From: the human T2T-CHM13v2.0 reference genome, Homo sapiens | Length of the DNA: 64,000 nt | Reading direction: 5' to 3' (one strand) | Assembly: GCF_009914755.1 (NCBI RefSeq) | Contig: NC_060940.1 | Part shown: positions 1 to 16,769 of the stretch, piece by piece | Layout: each line of letters opens with the position of its first letter | Numbering within the stretch: the first letter of the stretch is position 1 | The notes under the pieces: generated by a model | Database searches by the model: none | Told to the model about the DNA's origin: nothing | What the model saw: the letters and a program-made list of their open reading frames with translations, nothing else | Made by a program: the position numbers and the translations under genes

Positions 1-212
1 CCACTCCTACGGCTTTGCCGGGTACAGCCCACGTGTCTGTTCACAGGGGTTGGCACCTGATGCCTGAAGTTCTCGCAGGCAGGTGTTGCACGTTGCTGGT
101 AACTTCGCAGTTTGTAGTCCCAGTGGCAGTCCCACTCTCATGACTCCACTAGGCATTGCCCTGGCAGAGACTCTCTGCAGTTGGACCCCTACGCTTTCCA
201 CAACATCCGTTG

Positions 213-517
213 TTTTTTTTTTTTTTTTGAGACAGGGTCTTGCCCTGTCACCCAGGCTGGAGGGCGGTGGCACAATCACAGCTCATTCCAGCCTTGACCT
301 CCAGGGCTCAAGTGATCCTCCCTCCTCCTCAGCCTCCTGAGTAGCTGGAACTACAGGCTCACACCACTATGTTCTGCTCATTTAAAAAATGTTTTTGTAG
401 AGACAGGGTCTCACTACGTTGGCCAGGCTGGTCTCGAACTCCTGGCCTCAAGCAGTCCTTTCACCTCAGCCTCCCAAAAAATGCTGGGATTACAGGCATG
501 AGCCACCACACCTGGCC
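213..517 (-). mobile_element. Alu (AluJ-like)
   Basis: Poly-T followed by Alu reverse-complement consensus. Confidence 0.95.
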
Positions 518-1080
518 TGAAGAACATCTTTTGAAATCTGGGTGGAGGCTGCCAAGCTTCTGTAGCTCTCGCTATCTGCCAGCCTGCAGAATTAGCAACG
601 CACGGATCCTGCCAAGGTTTACCACTTATACCTTCTGGGGCTGCAGCACGAGCCAGATCAGGGGCCACCTGACCCAAAGCTGGTGCAGCGAGGATCTCTG
701 TGCCAGGGTCCCGGGAGCAGAGACGTAAGGGCACGTAGGATAGCCTGTGGAGGCACCCTGGGTCTGTCCCCAAAACCATCCTGCCCTTGAGGCCTCTGAG
801 CCTGTGATGGGAGGGGCAGCCTCTAAGATATCTGAAATGCCTTCAGGGTCTTTCTTCCATTCTCTAGATAATCCTTTCTCTCCATATTAATCTCCTTAGC
901 AAAAGGCCACAGGGCCACAACCTTGGTTTCCTATACGCGCTGCACTCTATACGGCCAGGCTGAAAGAGTTCCAGATCTTGCTGCTTTGGTTCTCTTTTGA
1001 TGATCAATTTCATCTTCAAGTCATTTTTTGCCTGTTCCAGCATAACGTGAGCAGCTAAGAGTAGCCATGCAGCATCCTGA

Positions 1081-1434
<354 letters not shown>

Positions 1435-1792
1435 AGTTCATCCCTTTCAAGTTCAACCTTCCACAAAACCCTCAGGCATGGACACAGTTCAGCCAAATTA
1501 TTTGCCAGCTTCTAACAGGTTTGTCCTTTACTCCAGCTTCCAAAACCTTGTTCCTCAGTTCCGTCTGAAACCTCCTCAGAACAGACTTTACTATCCATAT
1601 TTCCATGACTAACTAGAGTATCTAAGAAGTTCCAAATGTTCCCTAGTCTTGTCTCTAAGCCCTCACCAGAATCTAGGCTTATTCTAGCCTGCTCCTCCGA
1701 ATTCTTCCAGCCTGCACTCATTGCCCAGCTCCAAAGCCGCTTCCACGTTCCAGGTAGTCAATCATCAACACCCCACTCTTGATACCAATTTT

Positions 1793-2210
1793 CTGTCTTA
1801 GTCCATTTTTTGTTGGTTACAACAGAATGCCTGAAATTGAGTAATTTATACAGAAAGGAAATTTTTTTACAGTTATGGAGATTGAGAAGTCCAGGATCAA
1901 GAGGCTACATCTGGGGAGAGCCTTCTTGCCGGAGGGGACTTTGCAGAGCCCTGAAGTGGCGCGCAGAGTGTCACATGGCAAGGGGGCTGAGTGTGTGAGC
2001 CCAGGTCTCTCTTCTTCTTCTTATAAAGCCACCAGCCCCACTCCCATGATAACCTATTAATCCACTAATCCATGAATAGATTAATCCATTCTTGAGGGCA
2101 GAGGCCTCATGCCCCAATCCCCTCTTGAAGGCCCCACATCTCAATGCTACCACATCAGGGATTAAATTTCAACCTGAGTTTTTAAGAGGATAAATATTCA
2201 AACCATAACA
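1793..2210 (-). mobile_element. MaLR LTR (MSTC/MSTD-like)
   Basis: Begins tgttatggtttgaata on - strand; typical MST body. Confidence 0.8.
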
Positions 2211-2729
2211 CACAGGAGTCCAAGGCTGCCTGACAGATTCACTGCAGCCCAAGAGCTTCCTAGACTGGAGGATACGTTGGTGAATGAAAAAAGACTGGCG
2301 TCAAGTGGCCAACCAGAAGCCAGCTGTGCCAGGGACCTGGGACTGTCCTTCCAATGCACTGTGCGATCCTGCGTGTCACAGCCCCTCTCTGAGCCACACT
2401 TTCATCACCTTTAAAGACCCTCTGCCTCCCACACACAGTTTGTGAGCACCTGAGTCCACTGCACCCACAAACGTTTTGTAAACCCTACCCAGATGTTACA
2501 GTGTAATGACGGACAGCAGTCAATGTCCTTTGAACAGCAGGCAGCAGGGCTGGGGTGTGGTGTGTCAGAGCACGGGCTTTGGAGACGGCTAGGCTGGAGT
2601 TCAGGTCTCAGCTTTGCAGATCTAGCTGTGAAACCTCGAACAAGTTCTGGAGGGCACCTGAGCCTCAGCTTCCTCATCTATGAAATGAGGCCTTTTCCTA
2701 TGCACACTAAGGATTAAATAAGATGCTCA

Positions 2730-3023
<294 letters not shown>

Positions 3024-3044
3024 TCATATCCAAAAGGCGGGAAA

Positions 3045-3528
3045 TGTGGGATATGATGAGGTTTCTCTTGAAATAGCCTGATCAATCCTTTATTCTTTAA
3101 TTCACAGTACACCCCCAACCCCTTTTTCCTTTTCTCCTTCCTTTCTGCCTTTGTTACATGCCCAAACACGCCACAGTACCAGGCATTATCAATACAAGCT
3201 CGCATTCCTCTTATTTTTTAAAAAACTAGCTCTCTAGCTCATTACAAACACCCACTGCCCCTTTCCCCTCTCTCCCTTACCTGCCCATCTTATCTAAAAA
3301 AAAGTTCAAATGTTCAACTGAGGCTAGTTTAGATTGTGCGGCCCAACCCCAGCCAATGGGAAAAGGGTACAGGAGCAGGACTTGCATCAGGAATAAAGGC
3401 TCTTGTACTCCTTTGTTCGGGTGTGCTCTGACCAAGAAAAAGCACCCCTCTGCACAAAAGTAAAATTACTTTGCTAAGAATCCTTTCAGTGTTCCGTTTT
3501 CTTAAGATTTTGAGCGTTATTCCCAACA
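3045..3528 (+). mobile_element. Solo ERV1 LTR (LTR10B/E-like, HERV-I group)
   Basis: TG...CA ends; starts tgtgggatatgatgaggtttctctt; CCAAT and aataaa elements; imperfect gaaa/gaac flanks. Confidence 0.75.
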
Positions 3529-3677
3529 GAACCCACATGCCCACCAAGAGCAGAGGGCGTAAGTAAATGGCAGGATACTAACACACAGAGCATGACGTGG
3601 CTCTGACAAAGAACCATGCACCTCAACACAGACGAATCTCAGTCAGAACAATGAACACCACAGGAAGCCACATAGGT

Positions 3678-4257
<580 letters not shown>

Positions 4258-4566
4258 GTGGTGCTAGAAGGCAGGATGGTGGTTTGGGTAGGGTGGGTGC
4301 TACTGACCAGAAAAGGTCATGAAGGGGTTCCCGGGGGCTTGACCATGTCACATGGGTGCACACATACTTAGAATCTACATACTGTATATGTGACATGCCA
4401 TATTGGGGTAAGCATTTTTTTTTGGTAGAGATGACTTCTTACTACATTGCCCAGGCTGGTCTCAAACTCCTGAGTTCAAGCGACCCTCCTGCTTTGGCCT
4501 CCCTAAGTGCTGAGATTACAAGTACGAGCCACCATGCCCAAGGGGGATAAGAATTTTAAACGCAGG

Positions 4567-5163
<597 letters not shown>

Positions 5164-6302
5164 TGATGTACAGCCAGGGCTGGGCAGGGAGGCTCTGCTC
5201 TGTCCAGACACACCGGGCGGGGATGCTTTTTCCGGACACACTGGTGGGTTCAGGGTTCTTCCCAGGCTCCTGGGGCTGGTTCCCACCATCACACCCACTC
5301 TCTCACTCCTGGCCAAAACCAAACGTGCCAAGGCCTCATTCCTGCCCGCCCTGTAGGGACCCTACGCAGGAAGCTCAGATCAGCTAGGTCTTCCCTCCGC
5401 GCCTCAGGGCCTTTGCTACTGCTGGTCCCTCTGGCCGGATTTTCTCCGAGTCCAGCCAACTCCTCTGCACCCTCCTGGGGAGCCCTCCCGAGTGGGCTGG
5501 TTTCCTCTCTCACACAGCCCGTGTCCTCAACACGAGCGGGCTTTTCGGTTTGTCTACTCAGCGTCTCTCAACCACACGACAACAACGACCAAGTCTGCGT
5601 TGCTCAGGGCTCTGAGCTTGGGCCAGGATCGGAGCCTGCACCGAGCTGAATAAACACTACAGGGCTTACCCACCTACCCATCCCGTGAACCCACCCAGCA
5701 GCCACCAGGCCTCCCTCCACCCAGCCTCGCTCTGTCACTCATGAGTCCTCCTCGGTGCAAGTGAGCCAAGCCAAGGAAACAAGCCCAGCACAGCTGTCCT
5801 CTCACCCCCAGGACACATTCTGGAAATATAGGAGGGCACAGTGGCCTCCTCCCTCCGGCTTCCAGCCCTAGTTGAGCACAGCCCTTCCGCTGGCGCGTTG
5901 ACCTCAGGCACCGCGCACCCCTGCTCTCTGGCCCCAGGTTTCCTGTCCTACAGGAGGGCTCTGCCAGCAGGGGGGACGCAACCCCTCTGCCTCCTGCACC
6001 CCCGCAGCACTTGTGGGGCTCACCCCACACTCTCAGGTCAGCCCTGTGGTCCTAGAGCCCCAGTGCCCACAATGGGGACCTCCGTGCACCAGCACCTCAG
6101 CCCCATGGCAGGCTCTGCCTTCAGGGCACGGCAGATGCCCCGAGGTGGGGAGTCCCCGAACGGCAGCTCTGCGTATAGGGGCACAGCTGAGTCCAATATA
6201 AGGGAAAAGACAGTTAGTAGTGCCAGACAGGTTGGTGGGCAGGAGGGTGCCTCCTTTTCTCCCTGTTTGACTCCGCAGTTGGGTTTCTACTGGTGTTTTG
6301 TT

Positions 6303-6591
6303 TTGTTTTTTTGAGACACAGTCTCGCTCCATCGCCCAGGCTGGAGTACAGTTGCATGATCTTGGCTCACTGCAACCTCCACATCCTGGGTTCAAGGGAT
6401 TCTGATTCAGCCTCCCAAGTAGCTGGGATTACAGGCCCGCACCGCCATGCCCGGCTAATTTTTGTATTTTTAGTGAAGATGGGGTTTCACCATGTTGGCC
6501 AGGCTGGTCTTGAACTCCTGACCTCAGGTGATCCACCCGCCTCGGCCTCTTAAATTCCTGGGGTTACAGGCATGAGCCACCGTGCCCAGCC
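6303..6591 (-). mobile_element. Alu (AluS-like)
   Basis: Alu consensus; tctactggt flanking repeat. Confidence 0.95.
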
Positions 6592-6689
6592 TCTACTGGT
6601 TTTATAAGGGGAAGCAGAGCAGGCCTGCTGAGGGCAGGCAGTACCCAGGAGGTGGTGGCAGTGGGCAGTTGCTCGGTGATGGAAGGAGA

Positions 6690-7125
6690 CAGGAAGACGA
6701 CACAGTGGCCAAAAAGTGGACCCCACCCAGATGCCCATCAAAGGACAGGGGATAAAGCGCAGCTTATCCACACAATGGAATATTATTTGACCACAGATAG
6801 GGTGGCTACAACATGGATGAATCCCACCAACACGGCGGGGGAGGGAAGCCTGTCTTAAAAGGCCACAATAGGATTCCATTCCTAGGAGGTGGCCATCGTA
6901 GGCAAATCCAGACAGACAAGAAGTGCAAGAGCTGCGGGCAGAGGTGGAGAATGGAGAGTGACTGACGGCGATGGGTTTCTTCGAGGGGCAACAGAAAGGT
7001 TCTCAATTGACTGTGGTGATGGTTGCACAGCTCTGACTGTACTAAAATCCATTGCACTGCACACTTCAGAAGGGTGAATGGCACGGTATATGCATCCTAT
7101 CTCAATAAAGATATTTTTTAAAACC
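6690..7125 (+). mobile_element. Old L1 (L1MB-like) 3' end
   Basis: atccacacaatggaatattatt, acaacatggatgaat, gtggtgatggttgcaca, ctcaataaag. Confidence 0.85.
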
Positions 7126-7134
7126 ACAAAAACC

Positions 7135-7597
<463 letters not shown>

Positions 7598-8362
7598 TCA
7601 GGTCAGAGTTCCTGATGACAGTATGTGACCGTCCCTTTCCTGCAGCCCTCTCCAGCCTTACCCCCTTTTCCCAGCACCTTCAGTTACATTTATTCTCCCC
7701 CGCTTCAGATCCTGGCAGCCCCCACCTCTAGCCTGAGCCCCTACTCCCACTCCTTCAGTTCCTATCCTTCCCAGCTCTTCATCTCGGCATCCCGTGTCCC
7801 TGGAAACGCAGCCCAGGCCTCGTTGCTAGGAGAATCCGGTGAGGGCTGGAGGCAAAGGTGAGGGGCACCCCTTGCAAGCATCGGGGAGGCGGCCCCGGCG
7901 TAGGTCTGCTGCACCATATGGCGCTTGGGCACAGAGAGAGGTTCTTAAACTCAGTCCAGACAAACAGTTGACAGCAAAATCAGCTCTTCAGATCTTTCAA
8001 AATATTGGGCGTGCAGGAAGCAATGTGAGAAATCCACAGAAGTGGCTTGCTGAGGCCCTGAAGCAGCACGCCGACTGATTACGAGGAAGAGAAATGGAAA
8101 TGTTTCAAGATTTTTTTTTTTTTTTCCTAAAAAGGGTTCTCAAAGAAAAGGCAAGATGAAGAACAGAAGCAGAGCTCACTGATGGTCAAGGGAAGAGACG
8201 AGCTCAATGGCTACAAAGCTGAGATCCGGTGGTAAACCCTGGACACATCTCCCTGTGGACTTGATTTTACTTTGGAATGGTTTTGTTGGTGCTGGTGGTA
8301 GGCAGTGGATAGGTGGTTGTTTTTAGGACATCGAGGCAAATCTTCCCGAAAATAAGCAGCGT

Positions 8363-8650
8363 GGCCAGGCACGGTGGCTCACGCCTATAATCCTAGCACT
8401 GTGGGAGGCCGAGGAGGGCAGATCGCTTGACGTCAGGAGTTCAAGACCAGCCTGGCCAACATAGTGAAACTCCCTCTGTACTAAAAATACCAAAAAAAAT
8501 TAGCCAGGCATGGTGGTGCACGCCTGTAGTCCCAGCTACTCAGGAGGCTTGAACCCAGGAGGTGCAGTGCAGTGAGCTGAGATCCACTACACTCCAGCCT
8601 GGGCAATAAGAATGAGACTCCAACTCAAAAAAAGAAAAAAAAAAAAAAGA
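8363..8650 (+). mobile_element. Alu with small internal deletion
   Basis: Alu consensus. Confidence 0.95.
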
Positions 8651-9558
8651 AAGAAATGGAAGAGCAGTGTCTGCTTCCACCTGCTAGGAGGGCTGCGGGA
8701 ACCCATGACAGCCCAGAAGCAGAGGACTGAGCCCAGGCCCGCCACCTCCCCTGCCCCCCCTGCCCCGCCACCTTCCCCCCAGCGCTGTGCCACAGAGCCC
8801 TCTGCAGGTCTCTCTCCAGCTGTGCCTGGGGCCCGCTCACATCGGTGACCCACCTATGCTATCCCACCTGTGCTGTCCTCTCTACCTGGGGTGCGCTTCC
8901 AGTCACCTGGCTGCTGCCCATACATCCTTCAAGATCCCTTTCAAACCCCACCACCTTGAGCGGACACCTCTGACTCTGCCCCTCTGCCAGGATTCTACAC
9001 ATATAGCCCCGTCCTCCCTCCCATGACATTCTATTAAAAATTCTGTATTTCTGCCCCTTTCCCCTCTCCAATCAGCTCCCTGTACACCTTCCAGCTCCTC
9101 TACCCTGTACCCCTCAGGAGGCAGGATCTTTCCTGCCCAAGGCCCTGGGCAGAGTCCACCTGGGTAAAACTGTCCTGCCAGAGTTAGGTGGGCAGCTTAG
9201 GCCTCCAGGCCTCAGGTCTGACTGCAGTCCTGTGGGGGTTCTGCAGAGGAAGGGACAGGTCCCGGGTCCCCACACTCTACGCGAAACCTAAAAAACATGG
9301 TGCTGCTTTTGGCCATCAGTGGGGGCTGGATTCCCAAGTTCAAGGCAATTCCCACTTCCCTGAGCCCAGACACCAACCCATCCTCATGGTCTGGAATGAC
9401 AGCCTGGGAACCACAGGTGGGCGGCACAGAGCCCACTGTATCCTAGGAGAAGTCCTCAGACGCCTCCCTGACAGAGAAACCAAGGTTTCCCAAGGGAGCA
9501 GAGAGTCACCCACAGCCTCTGCAAACGCCACAGGCTGCAACACAGATGCTAAAATTAC

Positions 9559-9616
9559 CTGAAACCCGAAGCAGATGGTGGGGAAGACACTGAACACAGA
9601 GGTCCAGGAGGCAGGG
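9559..9616 (-). CDS. SLC38A8: SLC38A8 exon 6 (58 nt, PASWTSVFSVFPTICFGFQ)
   Basis: tgtttacag| acceptor, CAG|gtaatt donor; PTICFGFQCH motif typical of SLC38A7/A8. Confidence 0.96.
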
Positions 9617-11114
9617 CTGTAAACAGACAAGAACAGGAGTTTATTAAAGAAGGGTCACACCCGGAACAACCTGCGGCTGCAATGGTGAATTTTAAAGGAT
9701 GCTGGGAAAATGTAACAGAGCATGGCTGCAAGATGTATTTTTAATGACTGTGTCCGTGACCGGGCTTTTGGAAATGGAAAAGGAAGAGGATGCTGGCTAA
9801 ATGCTGCACTTTCTAAATACGTCTTTGCTGACATTTGGTAACATGACATTTTACATGTGGGCAGAATTTGGGCAGGAAAACCGCAGTAGGAACTCCCAAC
9901 TTCCCTCTTGAAGGCTGCTGGCTCCCAGTGCGGTTTGGTAATTGGCAGGGGCGGGGGCACCCAGAGCATCCACCCAGTGATCCCAAATAGCACAAGGATG
10001 GTTTGAGCTCTGTCCAAGCCACCTAAGAGGACAGAGGTCTGCGTGGGGAGAACCTCCAGGTCCAGCCTCTTGGGATCCCCGCCTGGTTCACAGCTTCCTT
10101 TGACAGGCTTTGCAGGTGTAATTACTGAAAGTAAGATGAAGTCATGGTGGATTAGGGTGAGCCTGAATCCAATGCCTGCTACCCTTATTGGAAGGGAAAA
10201 CAGACAGAGAGAACATGGTGTGAGGATGAAGGCCAAGACCCAGTGATCCGTCTATCAGCCAAGGAACACAGATCGCCGCGGCCCCCAGAAGCAGGAAGAG
10301 ACAGGAAAGATCTGCCCCTGGAGTCTTCGGAGGGAGCATGGCCTGACCACACTTTGATCACTTGTCACAACAGCCCTCGGACACTCACATATCCTAACTC
10401 ATCACCTCCTGTTTTTACCAGGGCCTCCTCATCCCCTCGACCTGCCTGTGCTAGAGTACCACCGGCTCAGTGTACAGATCTCAGCACTCACAGCCTTCAA
10501 TGCCATGTCTGGGCCAACGTCAGCCACGTTTCTCCTGCCAGCCCGGACCTCTCTCTCTGAACTTCAGACACACAGACCTGCCCAGCTGCTTGACTTCCCT
10601 CTTAGATGTCTCCAGGTCGGCTCTACCTTGACTGTTCCAGCCTGAGCTGCTCCCAGGGACCCGCCCTGCTCAGTCCTCTCTAATCCAGGAAACAGCATCT
10701 CCATCCTTCCCACTGTTCAAGCTGAGAGCTCCAAGTTACCTTGACTTTCTTCTCTCTCTTACTCACCTTCCAACCCACCAGCAGCACTGACCACAGAATT
10801 CACAGGGCCAGGTGCAGGAGGAATATGCGGGGACCCTTGTTGGACAAGGATTAAGGATTTTAAGACAGTGACATCAGAAGGGTACACTGAGCATGGGGCC
10901 TGGGTGACTGTAGGGGTCGCACACCCACGAGCCAGCCCTGCCACTGGGAAATCCGATCTCAAGCATATCCAGTCTGACTATTCCTCATTGCCTCCTCTGA
11001 AGCCACCAGGTCTGGGACCCGGGATCTAGGCAGAGGCCTCCCACTTGGTCTCTGTTGCTGCCCCTGGCTCCCAAGGACCACAGAACAGAATAAAAAGGGT
11101 GAGCCTTTTTATTA

Positions 11115-11412
11115 ATTTTTTTCTTTTTTGAGACAGAGTCTTGCTCTGTTGCCCAGGCTGGAGTGCAGTGGTATCATCTCGGCTCACTGCAACCTCTGCC
11201 ACCCGGTTCAAGCAATTCTCCTGCCTCAGCCTCCTGAATAGCTGGGATTACAGATGCCCACCATCACACCTGGCTGAATTTTGTATTTTTATGTAGAGAC
11301 AGGGTTTCACCATGTTGGCAAGGTTGGTTTTGAACTCCTGACCTCAAGTGATCCACCTGCCTCAGCCTCCCAAAGTGCTGGGATCACAACTATGAGCCAC
11401 CACACCCTACCT
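11115..11412 (-). mobile_element. Alu inserted in an L2-like remnant
   Basis: Alu consensus; L2-like flanks. Confidence 0.93.
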
Positions 11413-11937
11413 AGAGTGACCCTTTCTAAAAACAAATCCTGTCACATCCCTGCTGTACTCAAAACACTGCCAAGTCTCCCAACTCATCCAGAGCAAAACC
11501 AAACTCCTCGCCGTGGCTCTGAATCCCTGTACGACATCCCCGCCCATGCTCTCTGCCCTTGTTCCGGCTGGCTTGGCCACACCGGCCTCCTCACTGTTCC
11601 CCTGCCCCGGTACATGCAGCTGGATGGCTGCCAGATTCTGTACCTCCACACTGTGGGGACAAGTCTGCAATAACCTATGACCCCTAGGCCGCCGCAGCCT
11701 TTGGCGGTTCTGCGTCCCTTGGCCTGTCCCGGTCATCGCTAGCCACGGCCAGGTCCCTGCAGCAGAAGGAGAGTGGCCCTCCCTTGCCTTCACCGCATCA
11801 GAGACGGAAAGAACTGGAAGGAAGGAGCCCAGGCTCTGCAGTGAGCCACGAGAGGCTCCTCCTCCAAGACTCCCCTCACAGACTCCCCTGCCGTGCCTCC
11901 CCGCCGAGGCTGCCGGAAGCTGTTCCCTCAGACTTAC

Positions 11938-12039
11938 CTCAGTGAAGGATGGGACTCACGCACGAGGCCCTGGGGCCAGAGGTAGTACTGCACGGTGATG
12001 ACCAGGGCCAGGTAACAGGCAGCCAGAGTGCCTAGGATG
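11938..12039 (-). CDS. SLC38A8: SLC38A8 exon 5 (102 nt, [35 protein letters not shown])
   Basis: tgttag| acceptor, AG|gtaagt donor, frame continuous; hydrophobic TM segment; found by manual translation, not in the ORF track. Confidence 0.95.
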
Positions 12040-12107
12040 CTAACACAGTGACCGTGTGAGGGGCTGCGCAGTGGGTGACATGTGCGGTTGATGCACGGGG
12101 ACAGTAG

Positions 12108-12548
<441 letters not shown>

Positions 12549-12904
12549 AAATGTGTAGAATTCTTAATGGCACCCGGCGCCCTTCGGGATGGCAGCTGTA
12601 ATAGTGTTTCCTTCCCACCAGCAAAAGCTAATCAGCCACTCAGCCTGATGCCTAAGGCAGGACGCCAGCAGGCTCGCTCACACTTGAGAGGGGACAAGCC
12701 GCCCCCTGGCTTGGTCTGAGTGGCACGAGAGCCTTGCAGGGCAGAGACCTGAGGGAGGCTCGGGTTTGCTGCCTGCTGTTTCTATACAATGTCTATTGTT
12801 CATACACAACAGGGAAAAGGCAGGCAGCAGAGGGAGATGGATACTGTTTCCAAGCTTTATTTCTTCCTAAGTATACAGACCCTTAGCCACAAAAAAACAA
12901 CCTC

Positions 12905-13125
12905 TGTGTGTGTGCACACATGTGCGTGCATGGGCACGGGGACATGCGGGGATGGGGGTGCATGTGTGGGTGGGTGAGCATGGGTGGGTGTGGGTACGTG
13001 GGTGTGCATGGGTGGGTGTGGGTAGGTGGGTGTGCATGGGGGGGTGTGGGTAGGTGGGTGTGCATGGGGGGGTGTGGGTAGGTGGGTGTGTATGTGTGGG
13101 TGTGGGTAGGTGTGTGTTGTGGGGA
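12905..13125. repeat. GT/G-rich low-complexity tract (gggtgtgggtaggtgggtgtgcatggg-like units)
   Basis: Directly visible; many GGG runs. Confidence 0.9.
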
Positions 13126-13394
13126 GGCGTCTCTCTCTCTCTGCAGCCATGTGCAAAAAATCCAACAATGAAATAAACTGAGTAGCACTGACGTTGTTAC
13201 AGGTCATTTTCTTCTTTAGGCTCATCTATGTTTTGCATCATGCATACATTTTACTTGTATAATTTTTTTTTCGTTTTCCCCTTCTCCAAATGTGAAGGCC
13301 AATTCCCCAGCTCCTCTGACCCCAGATGGACAGAAACCCTGACACAAACACTCAGCAAGGTGGGGGCCCCCACCAGGCAGCATCCCAGCCCTTA

Positions 13395-13733
<339 letters not shown>

Positions 13734-15469
13734 TCAACAAACATTCGCTGGGCTCCTTCCCCAAGCCCAGCACTGCTCTAAGGCCCAAGATGAGGCGATG
13801 ACCAGACAAGCCATCTGCCCTCGTGCCCCTTACATTCTGGTGAAAGACTCTTTTGGTTTCGTTCGGGAACTCAATAGTATCTGGGGTCAAATGGGGGCCT
13901 GAAGTCGATTTTTGGCCACCGTGCCGTCAGCAACAGGCTGCTGTGCATGAGCATTGTAGGTCCTCATGGTTGCAGCAGAACACATGACCCCAAATGCAGT
14001 GGCTCAAAACCACTTTATTACAAGTCATGGATCGTAGGTAGAGAGTTAGTACAGGGCCAGGCTGGCCAATCCTCCTCCATATAGGATTGGCTGAGGTTGC
14101 TTGGGGGGTCTCTGGCTGGCAGTGGGGCTGGTCTGGAGGAACCCTGATGGCTCCCCACAACACCTACTGCCTGATGGGTACACCTGGGCCTTCCCTGCAG
14201 TCTGGGAGTCTCTCCACATGGGCCACCTAGCAGGCACCTCCAACTTCTTCCATGGCAGCTGGGGGACCCCAGAGACTGAGGCAGAAGCTGCCTGTCCTCT
14301 TAAAGGCCAGACCCAGAATGGGCAGTGTCTCATTTGCCACACATTGCTGGACAAAGCCATCCAGGCACACCTAATTCAAAGGCAAGGGACACAAGCTCCA
14401 CTAACCTCTCCGTGGAAAGAACACCAAAGAATGTGGGGCCATTTTTATTCTGCCACAGTGGGATGAATGATTTGGAACCCATCTAAGAGGTAAGACAGAT
14501 GGGGGAGGGGAAAGCACAGGCGAGTGGGAGGGTGGTTGGAGGTGGGAGCCACTGGGAACCACCTGGGTGGGTGAGGTGGCCCCTGCAACCACTGGAGATG
14601 GGAGGCCGAGGAGCTTGAGATGTCTTCGCTCCTTCGGTGGGTTGTTGGCCCTGAGGTGTCTTAAGTGCTTCTTTGTTCTCACTCAACAAGGGGAGCCATG
14701 TGAAAAAATGAATGCATGTGAGAATAGCTCAAGCGTACGAAATGATGAAGGGGAAAGTTCCAAAAGCAGGTGGTCACAGCAGCATCCACGTGGGAGAGCC
14801 GAGATGCCAAGGGACTGCACATGCCCCAGGACTGCACCGAGATCGTGGGTGAGTTTTAGACCTCCAGGTGGCGTGGGATGGGGCAGGCCCTTTGTCTGCA
14901 TCTGGACCTCCCATAGCCAGGATCCTCAGGGCCAACAGCAGGACTGTACCAGCTCCTTCCTAAACCCAGCGTTCCCGGATGCTTGAGATCTTTGGCACCA
15001 AAGACATGGTCAATTGTACCTCGTGCCATGACTCCCCCAAGCACTCCAACCTCTATCTAGCACTCCGTCTCAGAAGCTTGGCCTTCCCTACAGAGAGGCA
15101 TCCCCAAATATCTAACCAGATATACACAAGAACGCTCTCTCCACCACAGTCAATCAACCCAGACCTGGGGTGGCCCGTATCCTCATCCGTCCTCTGACTA
15201 GTCAGGGGGCTCCGCTCCCAGTGAGGCTCAGAATCCTTCTTAACACAGCAACGCTACCAGTTCAGTGGAGTTGAAACTGCAGACGAACTCTACTTGCCAC
15301 TGTGGGGGAGCAGGACGTTTTTGTGCCCACTTACCCATTAAGAGGTTCAGATACGCCAATCTCACTTCTTCTTGGTATAAGGTCGTGTTTACCAAGACAC
15401 AGCAGCCTTCAATCTCAATACCCCCCAGTCAGGGGCCTTTTGCTTCATGGGTCAAGAGACACACAGAAC

Positions 15470-16390
15470 ACACACATGGCAAAATGGTACACTAAATTTC
15501 ACCCTATCAACAATCACATGCCAATTAAAAGTCTAAACATTCCAATCGGAAGTCTGAGACTGTCAAGTTGGATAAAAAAGCAAGACCCGACCATATGCTG
15601 CCTACAAGAAATGCATTTTAAAATCCCAAGCCATTCTCAGGCTGGTGTTGCAAAAAGGACATATAAACACATTTAACAAAAAAATAATCCAAGTCATAGT
15701 TAGATTCTAAGTCAAAGAATGAGAAGAGAACTTCTATACAAACACTAGTCTTAAGGATGCTAGAGTGCCTCTATTAATGGTAGAGAAGACAGATTTAATG
15801 CCAGAGATAAAGAATACTTCATAATAAAAGGATATACCTAGAGTTTCAAAGACCACGAACCATGAAGCTTGACAGAATAGGCTAATCTGCAATCGCAGCT
15901 GGCGATTTTAACATCCTTTAACATCCTTCTCTTAGGAATAGAATAACTAGACCTAAAGATTAATATGGTTGCAATGACGATCTGAACACAGCTGTTGACT
16001 GCCTTGACCTAATGGACATTGCCAGCACACTGTACCCAGCAACTGCAGAGTACACATTCTCTGAAGAGCACACAAAGTGTTCTCCAAGACAGACCATGTG
16101 CTGGACTACAGAGCCAGTCTCACTGGATCTCAAAAGACAGCAATGATACAGACTCCCTGACCATGATGCAAATTAAGGTCGAAACCGTGAAGGAATCTAA
16201 AAAACTCCTCAATAATTGTCAATTAAACACTACAATTCTAAACATCTCACAAGTCAAAGAAACCACAGTGAAAAGGAGCAAATATTTTAAATTTTCCATT
16301 CATGAGGAATGAGTCCAGTGAAAATGAAAATAGGACATATGAAAATTGGCAAGATGCAGCTAAAGCAGTGCTTAGAGGGAAAGTCTTAGT
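15470..16390 (+). mobile_element. Old L1 ORF2 endonuclease-region fragment (L1M)
   Basis: Decayed translations WIKKQDPTICCLQEMHF and TYENWQDAAKAVLRGK match L1 ORF2p. Confidence 0.9.
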
Positions 16391-16769
16391 CGGGAACTCG
16401 AGGCCAAGGTTGGTGAGGGCTCAGAGCCACAGCCATTCCAAAGCTAAAGGTGTTACTGGTTCTTTCTCAGAAGGAGCTGCTTGCTGTTGGCTCCATTTAC
16501 TCATCTGTGAAACGACTTATCTCCACTGGATATCCTAATTGCAGCCACAACCTCTCTCATGCACTTGTGTGCCCATGACTGTCACCCAACTGGTGACTAT
16601 CCATTCGGAGCCTCCCTTCCCTACCATGTTAGGAACAAGAGTGTGGTTTCAGCCTCTGCTGTCCCTCAGGGCCCAGGCCAGGGCCCCACGTCCTGCTCAA
16701 CTGGAAACTCCAAGAGGTCATTAGAGGTCCGGCACCCTGGGCCACCCCGAGTCCCATGAAGGTACTTAC

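Noticed and set aside
12857-13225. His/Pro/Thr-rich ORFs
   Set aside because: Translation of the GT/CA low-complexity tract.
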